Shown piece by piece: positions 23,946 through 32,702 of a DNA stretch of 46,891 nucleotides. The stretch is from a virus (Duplodnaviria; Caudoviricetes). A model generated the notes under the pieces. The model was not told where the DNA came from, did no database searches, and saw only the letters and a program-made list of their open reading frames with translations. Numbering within the stretch: the stretch's first letter is position 1; each line of letters opens with the position of its first letter. The stretch is from positions 1 through 46,891 of the IMG/VR virus record IMGVR_UViG_3300032244_000243; one strand, written 5' to 3'. Position numbers and translations under genes: made by a program.

Positions 23946-26766
23946 TGTCCTCTCACTGGCGTTGCGGGTAACGGCTGACGCCAGCGGGCTCAAGCTCGAC
24001 CCGGTGCAGCGTGCGCTCGTCGGCCTGGGCGACCAAGCCGACAAACTCACGGGTCAGTTCGCGAAGTTCACAGGCGGCAGTGAGGCAGCAGCGAAGGCAC
24101 AAGAGCGGTTTGATCAACAGGCCCAAGGGCTCATCAACACGCTCCGCGACGGCGGCAGTGCCACAGAGTTCGCCGCTGGCTTTGAGCGGCTGACCGAGGC
24201 GGTGAACAAGGAAGCCGCCGCGTTCGAGCGTGCGGCTCGGATCACCGAAGCGAACCTGTCTCCGCTGGAGCGGTTCGACCGTGCCCAAGCGGAACTGAAC
24301 GAACAGGTGAACGCTGGACGGATCTCGCTGGAGACCTACAACCGGGCGACCGAATCCGCTGCTAAAGGACTGACCGACGCGGAGCGTGCGGCTCGCGGTC
24401 TGGCGGTGCAGCAGAAAGAGATCGACACCGCAGCGGCAAGCACGACGCTCAAGTTCAACGAGCTCTCCGGCGTGTTCGCCGTGCTGCCCGGCCCACTAGG
24501 CAACATCGCTGGCAGGATCTCGGGCATCACAAGTGCCAGCGAGGGGCTGTCGCGGATCTTCGCTGGCGGCCTGCGGTCTGGCGTAGGCAATCTTGTCTCC
24601 TCATTTACATCGCTGATCACGCCAACCACTGCCGCCTTGGCTGGTATCGCTGCCCTCGGGGCTGGCGCATCATCGGTCGTGCGCGGTCTTCTGGCTCTAG
24701 AGGATCGGGTCGAGAAGCTCGGCAACACTGCCGACAAGCTCGGCGTCTCGTTCGAGTTCATTCAGACGCTTGAAGAGGCAGCAAACCGTAGCGGCACCAG
24801 CATTGACGCGGTAAGTTCGGCGTTCGGCCGTCTTCAGAAGTCGGTGCTCGGCGTGGATGAGGAAAGCAAGGCGGCGCAGAAAGCTCTTTCTGAGATCGGC
24901 GTGACGGCGGAAGAGTTGCAGTCGCTTTCGCCCGACGAGCAATACACCAAAATCGGCAAGGCAATCGCGGGCATTGAAGATCCGGCCCGTCGCACGGCGA
25001 CGGCGACGGCTCTTTTCGGCCGGGCGGGTGCGGATCTGATCCCGTTCTTCAACAACATCGGCCCCGCAGCCGATGACATGCAGCGTTTTGGAGCAGCACT
25101 TAGCAGTACGGATCGGGACAGCATTGATTCCCTAGGCTCGGGGTTTGACCAGTTAGGCGTCGCGGTAAAAAGCCTTGGGCAGTCTGTGCTCCTGCCATTC
25201 GTCGGGATTGTTGAGGGTCTTGCGAAGACGCTCGCTGGCTTTATCAACGTGATCACGGCAGTGGCCCAGGCTTTCGGCAGTGTGTTGCGTCCAGTGCTCA
25301 ATGAGTTCGGCGCACTGTTCGGCGGAATCGGAGACGGCATCAACTTTGTCACTTCGTACTTCCGCGACTTTTTTGGAAGTGCAGAAGAGGCTGCGCAAAA
25401 AGTAGAGGTTCTCCAGCAAACCGCTGGCAAGGCAACAAAGCTAGACGACAAGCCAGCTCGCGATTACGCGAACGCTGTCGATGGCATTCGCAAGAACCTG
25501 TCGGATGCTTTCAAGGAAGCAGTGAAGTTCGGAAATGAGGGGCTGAATGCTGCTCAAATCTACTCAGCAACCGTTGCGGATATTCAGCGACAGTTCGAGA
25601 GAGGCATCATTGGCGAGGATGCCTTCAAGGCAGCCATCGACAGGGCCAATGAGTCTTACAGTCAGCAGATAGAGGTTGTGCGGCGTGCCGCCGAAGAAGT
25701 GCAGCGTAAAGCCCAAGCAGAGCAAGAGGCTGTTGCGCGCATCATTGAATCCAACCTCGAAGCGATTCGTGTCCAAGAGCAGTTCGCTGGTGATTCGGGC
25801 CGTGCCCAGGCGGCCGAGAATGTTTTGCGGATCAATGACGAGTTTGAGCGGGTCGAACTGAGGATTCGCGAGGCACGGGCTGAAGGCGATCAAGCCACGG
25901 TAGACGCTCTCACGCAACGACTGTCGGTGCTTGATCAAGTCGCCGCTCGTGAGTCAGACATTGCGACTGGGGCACTGGCACAGCGGCAGGCTGAAGCCCA
26001 GGCGGCGGCAGAGGCAGTTGCCCAGCGGGAGCGTCTTGACGCCGAGGCCCGGCAGCGACGGCTCCAGGCAGAGCAGGAAATCGAGCGACAGATCGGAGCC
26101 GAGCGGCAACGCGTCAATCAGTTCGTGGACGAGCAGGTTGCACTTGCGGCGTTTGGGGGCAACCAGCAACGCCTCAACGCGTCGCTGCGGGTGGCCGAGA
26201 TCGAGCGCGAGATTGTTCGCATTCAGTCGGACATCGACCTTGCACGCCAAGGCGGCGATCAGCGGGCGATTGATGCTGGCGTTCAACGCATCGCACAGTT
26301 GGATCAAGTCGCGGCGAAAGAGCGTGACATCGCCAACGGCCGAGCCGATGCCGAGGCAGAGATTCAACGCCAGAGAGATCAGACGGCTCGGGCTCAAGAG
26401 CAGGCTGTGGCCGAGCAGCAGAAATATCAAGAACGGCAACAACAGGCCGCCGCCCAGCAAGCCGAAGCCCAGCGAAAGGCTTTCGAGGAGCAGTCTCGGA
26501 TCGCTGCTGCCGAGGCCGAGCGGCAGCAGAAGCGGATCGCCGCTCTCAATAGCGTGGGCACGCAGGCAGTGCAGGGTGGCGACATTCGCTCGCAGGAGGG
26601 TGCGAGGCAGTTCATTTCCGCTGCCGCGGGAGCCTTCGATCCCAACCTCGCCGAGCTTCGAGCACAGAGCAAACTTCTGCGGCAGATCGTCTTGAACTCG
26701 GGTGCTTTGCAGTACCTAGAGCAAGGGATTGGCCGCAGCGTGACATTACTGCGTGGGGGTGCATGA
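23938..26766 (+). CDS. Tape measure protein
   Basis: 942 aa, Ala/Glu/Gln-rich and helical; follows the chaperones. Confidence 0.92.
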   Translation: MANVLSLALRVTADASGLKLDPVQRALVGLGDQADKLTGQFAKFTGGSEAAAKAQERFDQQAQGLINTLRDGGSATEFAAGFERLTEAVNKEAAAFERAARITEANLSPLERFDRAQAELNEQVNAGRISLETYNRATESAAKGLTDAERAARGLAVQQKEIDTAAASTTLKFNELSGVFAVLPGPLGNIAGRISGITSASEGLSRIFAGGLRSGVGNLVSSFTSLITPTTAALAGIAALGAGASSVVRGLLALEDRVEKLGNTADKLGVSFEFIQTLEEAANRSGTSIDAVSSAFGRLQKSVLGVDEESKAAQKALSEIGVTAEELQSLSPDEQYTKIGKAIAGIEDPARRTATATALFGRAGADLIPFFNNIGPAADDMQRFGAALSSTDRDSIDSLGSGFDQLGVAVKSLGQSVLLPFVGIVEGLAKTLAGFINVITAVAQAFGSVLRPVLNEFGALFGGIGDGINFVTSYFRDFFGSAEEAAQKVEVLQQTAGKATKLDDKPARDYANAVDGIRKNLSDAFKEAVKFGNEGLNAAQIYSATVADIQRQFERGIIGEDAFKAAIDRANESYSQQIEVVRRAAEEVQRKAQAEQEAVARIIESNLEAIRVQEQFAGDSGRAQAAENVLRINDEFERVELRIREARAEGDQATVDALTQRLSVLDQVAARESDIATGALAQRQAEAQAAAEAVAQRERLDAEARQRRLQAEQEIERQIGAERQRVNQFVDEQVALAAFGGNQQRLNASLRVAEIEREIVRIQSDIDLARQGGDQRAIDAGVQRIAQLDQVAAKERDIANGRADAEAEIQRQRDQTARAQEQAVAEQQKYQERQQQAAAQQAEAQRKAFEEQSRIAAAEAERQQKRIAALNSVGTQAVQGGDIRSQEGARQFISAAAGAFDPNLAELRAQSKLLRQIVLNSGALQYLEQGIGRSVTLLRGGA

Positions 26767-27641
26767 TGGCCGTGATCGCACACTACGAACTGCCCCGCAA
26801 GGCAGAGTTCCGCATTGGTGAGTCGCCAGCCCTAGAGCGGAGATTTGTTTGCACGCTGGATAATCCCGGCGCGACAACGGTTGCCGAATGTGCCGCCGCC
26901 GTCGGCGTCGATATTCGTAATCGCCATCCCGAGTATTTTGGCGTGCCTTGCATTGGATTATCAATCAATGAGGCATATGACGAGTCGCGTTATCACGTCG
27001 AGTTTATTGCCTCCTATGAGTTCACGGATGATGTGCTCGAAAACGTCAGCCCGATCGCGAGACCGGATACGTGGTCTTTTGAGACGCAAGGCGTTGCAGT
27101 CGCGGCGTTCTACTACTACCCGCAAGACGGCGACAACAGCACTCGCGCGCCGCTCACCAACTCTGCGTATGACTATTTCGAGGGGCTGACGGTCGATGAG
27201 GCACAGACTCGCGTGGTGATCAGCGGGAATCGCGCGACGTTTCCGAATGCTCTTGCGACAACGCTGACTAATACGGTCAATCAGTTGCCCTGGCTTGGCG
27301 GTGCCGCACGAACTTGGAAGTGCATGGGCATTGCGGGGGAGTCGGCCAGGGAGCTTGTTGTGACGGATGTCGTGAACTTCTGGAAGATCACTACCACGCT
27401 GATGTACCGGCAGAGCGGCTGGGATCTTCTCCTGCCTGACATGGGGTTCAACTACCTCGCGGGCGGTCAGAAGCGTCGCGTGATGACATTTGATTTTGAG
27501 AACAGTGAGTGGGTTGCGAGCCCTGTTCCGATGGGGCTGAACGGCTCCGGTGCCCAGACGTTTGGAGCACCTGCAATCCTGACGCGTCGCGTCTTTCGTG
27601 AAGTCAACTTCGATCTCTACTTTGGAAACCCGCCGCCATGA
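26763..27641 (+). CDS. Putative distal tail/tail tip protein
   Basis: Directly after TMP; NSAYDYF and WLGG...TWKC.GI motifs. Confidence 0.6.
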   Translation: MMAVIAHYELPRKAEFRIGESPALERRFVCTLDNPGATTVAECAAAVGVDIRNRHPEYFGVPCIGLSINEAYDESRYHVEFIASYEFTDDVLENVSPIARPDTWSFETQGVAVAAFYYYPQDGDNSTRAPLTNSAYDYFEGLTVDEAQTRVVISGNRATFPNALATTLTNTVNQLPWLGGAARTWKCMGIAGESARELVVTDVVNFWKITTTLMYRQSGWDLLLPDMGFNYLAGGQKRRVMTFDFENSEWVASPVPMGLNGSGAQTFGAPAILTRRVFREVNFDLYFGNPPP

Positions 27642-28012
27642 GCAACATTCAATACTCGCTTAGTGTCAACGTCAATAAGGCTCCCTTTTCGTTGACGCTC
27701 AGTTCGGGCAATGTGACGGCGGTACAGAACACGGCTGGCGTGCTCGCCCAGACGCTGATTCTCAGCACAACGACATCCGCAGTGTCGACTGCTTCGGCGT
27801 CCGCACTGGGGTTCGCATTTCTGCGGAACATCGCAACTGCCACGGCGAGCACGGCAACGGTGAGCTTTGGGCGAGTGTCAGGCACGACGCTCTTCGATAG
27901 CGTGACGCTGCGGCCCGGTGAGGTTTCGTTCTTGAGGTTGTCGCCTGGGAACTACGCGGCCAGGGCTGCGGTTGCTGGTCTGCCGTTGCTGGTGCAGATT
28001 CTTGAGGACTGA
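27638..28012 (+). CDS. Hypothetical tail-region protein (Ser/Thr-rich beta protein)
   Basis: Coupled ORF; FAFLRN...TLRPGE. Confidence 0.65.
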   Translation: MSNIQYSLSVNVNKAPFSLTLSSGNVTAVQNTAGVLAQTLILSTTTSAVSTASASALGFAFLRNIATATASTATVSFGRVSGTTLFDSVTLRPGEVSFLRLSPGNYAARAAVAGLPLLVQILED

Positions 28013-28014
28013 CC

Positions 28015-28470
28015 ATGAGCGAAGATCGGGTCGTCTTCCTGCGTCCGGCCGCCGAACGAATCGCCAGCGTTGTTCGCAAGGTTGAGGCCGGAGCCCGAGA
28101 CGAAGCTCCGCTGCGGTTCCGCAGGGTGGAGTCTTTGCGTGCGTCTTCGGTTCGTATGGCGCAGTTCTCGGGTGCGTGGCCGATCAATGCGCCGAAGGTA
28201 GTGACACTGCTCAACCAACCGAGAACGGTGCTTGCGAACAACATCCTTATCAATCTGCCAGATTCGTTCAATCGCAACTGTGCGATTGCGCGTGACGGGT
28301 CGGCGTGGTATCTCGTCAACTGGCAATGGGATACGGTCTACGCTGCGACGGCGGCAACGCTCACGACCTCTGCCTTGGAGTTCCGCACGATGATGGTCGG
28401 TGCGGTATCTACGAATCAGACGAGCGTCTTCACCATTTCGATTAGCACATGCGCCACGGCAACGACGTAA
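28015..28470 (+). CDS. Hypothetical tail-region protein
   Basis: GAGG SD; AERIASVVRKVE N-terminus. Confidence 0.65.
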   Translation: MSEDRVVFLRPAAERIASVVRKVEAGARDEAPLRFRRVESLRASSVRMAQFSGAWPINAPKVVTLLNQPRTVLANNILINLPDSFNRNCAIARDGSAWYLVNWQWDTVYAATAATLTTSALEFRTMMVGAVSTNQTSVFTISISTCATATT

Positions 28471-28474
28471 CGCT

Positions 28475-28915
28475 ATGGGGCTCACGGTATCCGGTAACGC
28501 GTTGGTGGTTCGCGACGGCAAGCTAGGCACGGAGCAGGCGTGCTGCTGCGAGCAGTGCGTCTGTCCTAATCTTTGCAGCGGAATCACATTCGACGTAGAA
28601 GCTTCAATCGGAGGCATGACGGTGAATGCCAGTGCCGCCATCCCAGGTACAGCAGTTGAGCGATTCGAGAAGGATGATGACTCTGGTGACTACATAGAAA
28701 TCACTCTCGCCGTTGCGTGTGGGGAAGTTGGCCCCAACAACGAGTGCGGTTGGGGCTTCAGCGTCGGCGTCTGCTATCAGTCTGGCGGCATCGTAAACGG
28801 GGAGACCTTGCAGGCGTTTCAAGAAAAAGATTCAGACGGCTGCCCGGATGTTGGTGCCGTCGATCTTCAGTGCCTCGGTTTTTGCAGTGCCACGGTATCA
28901 GGCGAGGTGGCGTGA
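28475..28915 (+). CDS. Cys-rich tail-region protein
   Basis: GKLGTEQACCCEQCVCPNLC; lower GC. Confidence 0.65.
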   Translation: MGLTVSGNALVVRDGKLGTEQACCCEQCVCPNLCSGITFDVEASIGGMTVNASAAIPGTAVERFEKDDDSGDYIEITLAVACGEVGPNNECGWGFSVGVCYQSGGIVNGETLQAFQEKDSDGCPDVGAVDLQCLGFCSATVSGEVA

Positions 28916-29631
28916 ACGTCTACACGGCTACTGAGCGACGCAGTGAAGTGGCCGCAGTTTGGTGTGCCGCCGTTCGGGCCACGTTGTTGGATCGTCACGA
29001 GACGGTCGCGGCATACCAGATGGAGCCGCCTGTCGGCTGCGACCAGTACCTTCCGATCCATCATGCGGGTGCAGCCGCTGGCCCGTGGATCATTCGCACC
29101 GTTTTGCCCGGCGCGGGCATCCGCCTGTTCATTGAGGAGGACATGATCCCTGTATTGCCGTGGAGCGTCGACGACTACCCCGGCGAACTGCTCTATGCCG
29201 AGGGCTCGCCGAACAACCCGTGGCCGTCGTTTTATTTGGCTCGTGGCCGCCGGGGAGCACCGATCGCATTAGTGCCGCAGCGGTTCGTGCGGGATGGTGG
29301 CTGCCCTGACTGGTTGCCAGCGGATCTCTGCGAGCCCTCGCTTGCCGCGAACGCGAAGGTCTTGGGTCGCCACTTCCTCCACCTTGACAAAATGTACCGA
29401 CCGAACGTGCCCGAGGCTGCCGCCAAGAATGATCTGCTTGAACTACTGCGGCAGCGGTTTGTAGACGCGCCGCCAGCCCGCCCCGGCCTGGGCGACATGG
29501 TATCGGCCGGGCTGTCTGCCATCGGCATTACGCCCGAGCGTGTAAGTGCGGCTCTCGGCGTGAAGGACTGCGGGTGCAAGAAACGAGCCGAGGCACTCAC
29601 TCGGCTGGGTCGCAAGTTCGGGATCGGTTGA
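28912..29631 (+). CDS. Hypothetical protein with C-terminal GLGD...CGC motif
   Basis: PGLGDMV...GITPERV...CGCKKRAEAL; possible degenerate GT-A core (FIEEDMIP). Confidence 0.65.
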   Translation: MNVYTATERRSEVAAVWCAAVRATLLDRHETVAAYQMEPPVGCDQYLPIHHAGAAAGPWIIRTVLPGAGIRLFIEEDMIPVLPWSVDDYPGELLYAEGSPNNPWPSFYLARGRRGAPIALVPQRFVRDGGCPDWLPADLCEPSLAANAKVLGRHFLHLDKMYRPNVPEAAAKNDLLELLRQRFVDAPPARPGLGDMVSAGLSAIGITPERVSAALGVKDCGCKKRAEALTRLGRKFGIG

Positions 29632-29646
29632 CAGCCCTGCCACACT
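29628..29646 (+). promoter_or_regulatory. TTGACA-N7-CACnnT motif, copy 3
   Basis: TTGACA gccctgc CACACT at the end of the tail module. Confidence 0.55.
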
Positions 29647-29665
29647 GCGACCGAGAGGGCGAGCC

Positions 29666-29950
29666 GTGGCAGAAGATCACCACATCACGATCGACGGTCG
29701 CCGCTGGTTGCTGCGGTTCACGCGACTGCGTGGCGACGCGATGGGGTGGACGTTCTTCGACAACGCCTCAAGCCCCAGGATCTTGATCGATGAGCGGCTC
29801 AAGGGCTCCCAGCGGCTTGAGACCATTCTCCACGAGATCGCCCATGCGGTTCTCGGGCCGACCGTCTCAGAGGAGGCGATCACTGAGCTCGCCCGCGTGC
29901 AGCGTCGCGTGCTCACGATGCTGAACGTGAAGGAGGTGCCGCGTGAGTGA
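29666..29950 (+). CDS. Small HExxH zincin-like protein
   Basis: ILID..L...LETILHEIAHA. Confidence 0.7.
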   Translation: MAEDHHITIDGRRWLLRFTRLRGDAMGWTFFDNASSPRILIDERLKGSQRLETILHEIAHAVLGPTVSEEAITELARVQRRVLTMLNVKEVPRE

Positions 29951-30194
29951 CATCGTTGACAAGATCAAAGCGGGCATCCCCGCGAGTCTGCGAACGAGTC
30001 AGTTGTGGCATCAGCGTGTAACGCCCGAGCAGAAGGAGTTGCTCGATGCGATAGCGTCTGCGTGGCTTGCTGGCGAGCTCGGACATTCGGCCCGTGCGGT
30101 CTCGGTGAGTGCATCCCAGCGGTTGCGTGAGCACGGCATCCACATCGGCCCGTATGGAGTGCGTGAATGGCTGGGCGAGCTCAAAAGGTCGTGA
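29943..30194 (+). CDS. Hypothetical protein (HTH-like)
   Basis: GGAGG SD; coupled ORF. Confidence 0.65.
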   Translation: MSDIVDKIKAGIPASLRTSQLWHQRVTPEQKELLDAIASAWLAGELGHSARAVSVSASQRLREHGIHIGPYGVREWLGELKRS

Positions 30195-31351
30195 AGCAGA
30201 TCGCCGCCGAGGCGAACGGTGGCAAGGTCACGATCGAAGAAGTGACGCAGCGGCAGACGCCCGAGGGCATGGAAGCCCGTAGCGTTTCGGATCGCATCCG
30301 CACCGTCGATGATCTTCTGCGGCACATCGAAGCGGACATGAGCCGATTCGAGATCGCCGTCAGTGAGGCGACGAAGTGGGAAGGATTGACCGCCGATCGC
30401 GAGACGGGTGAGCCGGTCGTGACCGAGTTGCATCGCGTGTTCGTGCGGCTGCGACCGAAAGCCGGGCCGGGGATCACCGAGGCTGTCGCTGCGATGATTG
30501 ACGCGGCGAAGCGTGAGATCCGCCAGCCGAAGATCAAGGGGCACGGCAAGTCGCGGGCGGGGCTCTGGCAAGTGCTGGTGGTGTCGGACACTCATTTTGG
30601 GAATCGGTCGTGGCGGGGCACTACTGGCAGCGATTGGGATCTCGCGATTGCCGAGCGGGTTGTCGGCGACGCGGCAGGCGAGCTCCTGGCGGTGGGCGAC
30701 CCCCACAAGCCCGCGAGGCGCACGATCGCCCTGCTTGGCGATCTCTTTCACGTTGACACGCCAAGCGGCACGACCACTAGCGGCACGCCGCTGGAACGCG
30801 ATGGACGGCTGCAAAAGATGCTCGACGTTGGCACGACCACGATCTTGCGAATCATCGAGCGATCCGCAGAGACCGTGCCGACCGATGTCGTGCTCGTGCA
30901 TGGGAACCATGACGAGAGTTTGAGTTGGGCATTTCATCGCCTGCTCTTGGAGCGATACCGCAGCGACCAGCGGATCACGATCGAAGGCCAATACACCGGG
31001 CGGAAGTACCTCTCGCACGGGCGGAACCTGCTCGGCTTCGCCCACGGGCATCGGGCGAAGAAGAAACTCCCGCAACTCATGGCGATCGAGGCTGCGTCCC
31101 AGTGGGCAGCGTGCCCATACCGCGAGTTTCACACCGGGCACTACCACTCCACGGCGGCCGAGTGGTCGCGGCCTATCGAGACGATCGACGGTGTGCTCGT
31201 GAGAACGGCACCCTCGCTCTGCGCCAGTGATGATTGGCACCATAGCCTTGGGTTCCTCAACGCTAGACAAGCGATGGAAACTTTCCTTTACGCCCACGAC
31301 GGCGGGATGATTGCGACGCACGTAGCAGGCCCGAGAAAGGAACTCACATGA
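30167..31351 (+). CDS. Calcineurin-like metallophosphoesterase
   Basis: SDTHFG, GDLFH, GNHD, AHGH, GHYH. Confidence 0.9.
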   Translation: MAGRAQKVVKQIAAEANGGKVTIEEVTQRQTPEGMEARSVSDRIRTVDDLLRHIEADMSRFEIAVSEATKWEGLTADRETGEPVVTELHRVFVRLRPKAGPGITEAVAAMIDAAKREIRQPKIKGHGKSRAGLWQVLVVSDTHFGNRSWRGTTGSDWDLAIAERVVGDAAGELLAVGDPHKPARRTIALLGDLFHVDTPSGTTTSGTPLERDGRLQKMLDVGTTTILRIIERSAETVPTDVVLVHGNHDESLSWAFHRLLLERYRSDQRITIEGQYTGRKYLSHGRNLLGFAHGHRAKKKLPQLMAIEAASQWAACPYREFHTGHYHSTAAEWSRPIETIDGVLVRTAPSLCASDDWHHSLGFLNARQAMETFLYAHDGGMIATHVAGPRKELT

Positions 31352-31842
31352 CGGCGGCGATTTTAGAGAAGGCGAACCAGGCGATGCGGATGGCAGTGCG
31401 AGAGCGGCTCGAGAACACCGACCCGAACGATGAGAAGCTCATTGGATACAAGATCGACCAGGGCGACCCCGAGCCGACGCCGTGCTGCGAGGGGCAGCGG
31501 TTTCGCGGCGACTCGCTCTTGCGTGATGATGTTCATCCGACATCGCAGGCGTTCTTCGATCTGTGCGACGCGTTGAAGGAGATGCACCGCCGCAAGAGCC
31601 GAGACTACGGTTGCCCGAGTGGCGAAGACCCACTCGCGAACATCCGCAACGGGGCGAAGTTCGTCGGCATCCCATCGTGGAAGGGGGCGATGGTTAGGCT
31701 CTCCGACAAGGTGACGCGACTCGCGGCGTACAACGCAACCGGGCGGCTGGAGAACGAGTCGCTCGAAGACAATCTGTTCGATCTCGCGAGCTACTCGCTG
31801 CTTGCCCTTTTGCTTCACCGCGAGGAACACCGTGGATCGTGA
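31348..31842 (+). CDS. DUF1599 (nucleotide modification associated domain 1) protein
   Basis: KSRDYG, RLSDKVTRL, ESLEDNLFDLASYSLL. Confidence 0.82.
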   Translation: MTAAILEKANQAMRMAVRERLENTDPNDEKLIGYKIDQGDPEPTPCCEGQRFRGDSLLRDDVHPTSQAFFDLCDALKEMHRRKSRDYGCPSGEDPLANIRNGAKFVGIPSWKGAMVRLSDKVTRLAAYNATGRLENESLEDNLFDLASYSLLALLLHREEHRGS

Positions 31843-32041
31843 GCCCCTGACCGACGCGTACCTCGCAGAGTGCGAGCAGCGAGCACGCCGGTTCTCGGGC
31901 TGCTGGGATGCTGGCACCTCGGGCCAACTGGCGGCGGATGTGATGCGGATGATCTTCGAGGTGCGACGGCTCAAAGTGCAGGCGGCGTACCGCGACAACC
32001 TACGGCGACCCATGCCCGCGTTGGGCTATCTCGCCGACTGA
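31832..32041 (+). CDS. Hypothetical protein
   Basis: GAGG SD + GTG; coupled ORF. Confidence 0.65.
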   Translation: MDREPLTDAYLAECEQRARRFSGCWDAGTSGQLAADVMRMIFEVRRLKVQAAYRDNLRRPMPALGYLAD

Positions 32042-32053
32042 GACGCCGAATCA

Positions 32054-32548
32054 ATGGCAGCGAAGGATTGCAGCGTGATTGAAATCGAACTGACGATGCC
32101 CGAGTTCAACCTTGCCTTGAGTGCCGCACAGATGCGGATCATGGCTAGTGCGATGCAGCGTCTCAATCACGCGACCACCTACCAGCGAACGCTGGTCAAA
32201 CGATTGGAAGAGGAAGTCATCGGAGCGTGTGGCGAGATCGCGGTCGGCAAATGGAAGGGCAAGTGGTTCGTGCCGAGCGTGAACACGTTTCATCGCGTGC
32301 CGGATTGTCTCGATGATGTAGAGGTGAGAGCGACGGCACTTCCCGATGGGCATTTGATTGTGCGAGAAAACGACGCCGATGACCGTCGATTCGTTCTCGC
32401 TCTTGTTGATGGCGAGCATGTGCGTCTGGTCGGCTGGTTGCACGGCCGCGACGCCAAGAGGCCCGAGTGGGTGCGAGACCCGCACGGCCAGCGAGAGGCG
32501 TGGTTCGTGCCGCAAGGTGCCTTGAGAGATATGGATGAGTTGAGTTGA
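32054..32548 (+). CDS. Hypothetical protein, possible PD-(D/E)xK-like fold
   Basis: GACGEIAV, PD...VEVR, LVGW..G.DA. Confidence 0.6.
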   Translation: MAAKDCSVIEIELTMPEFNLALSAAQMRIMASAMQRLNHATTYQRTLVKRLEEEVIGACGEIAVGKWKGKWFVPSVNTFHRVPDCLDDVEVRATALPDGHLIVRENDADDRRFVLALVDGEHVRLVGWLHGRDAKRPEWVRDPHGQREAWFVPQGALRDMDELS

Positions 32549-32555
32549 CCGGCGA

Positions 32556-32677
32556 TGCCTGTCGCCCGAGCGACGGGCAGCCGAGCATGAGCCGGGCCGG
32601 GGCTTGAGCGGCGGGGGCTTTCTCCCTTTCACCCCGCCGCTCGCCCTGTGCCGGTGGGTACGCCGAATGTACCCACC
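32556..32677. other. Three GC-rich hairpins between convergent genes (terminator or small RNA)
   Basis: Stems at 32556-32579, 32606-32642 (11-bp perfect) and 32653-32677. Confidence 0.55.
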
Positions 32678-32702
32678 CCCGGTTTTCCCCGGCGAAACGG
32701 CG

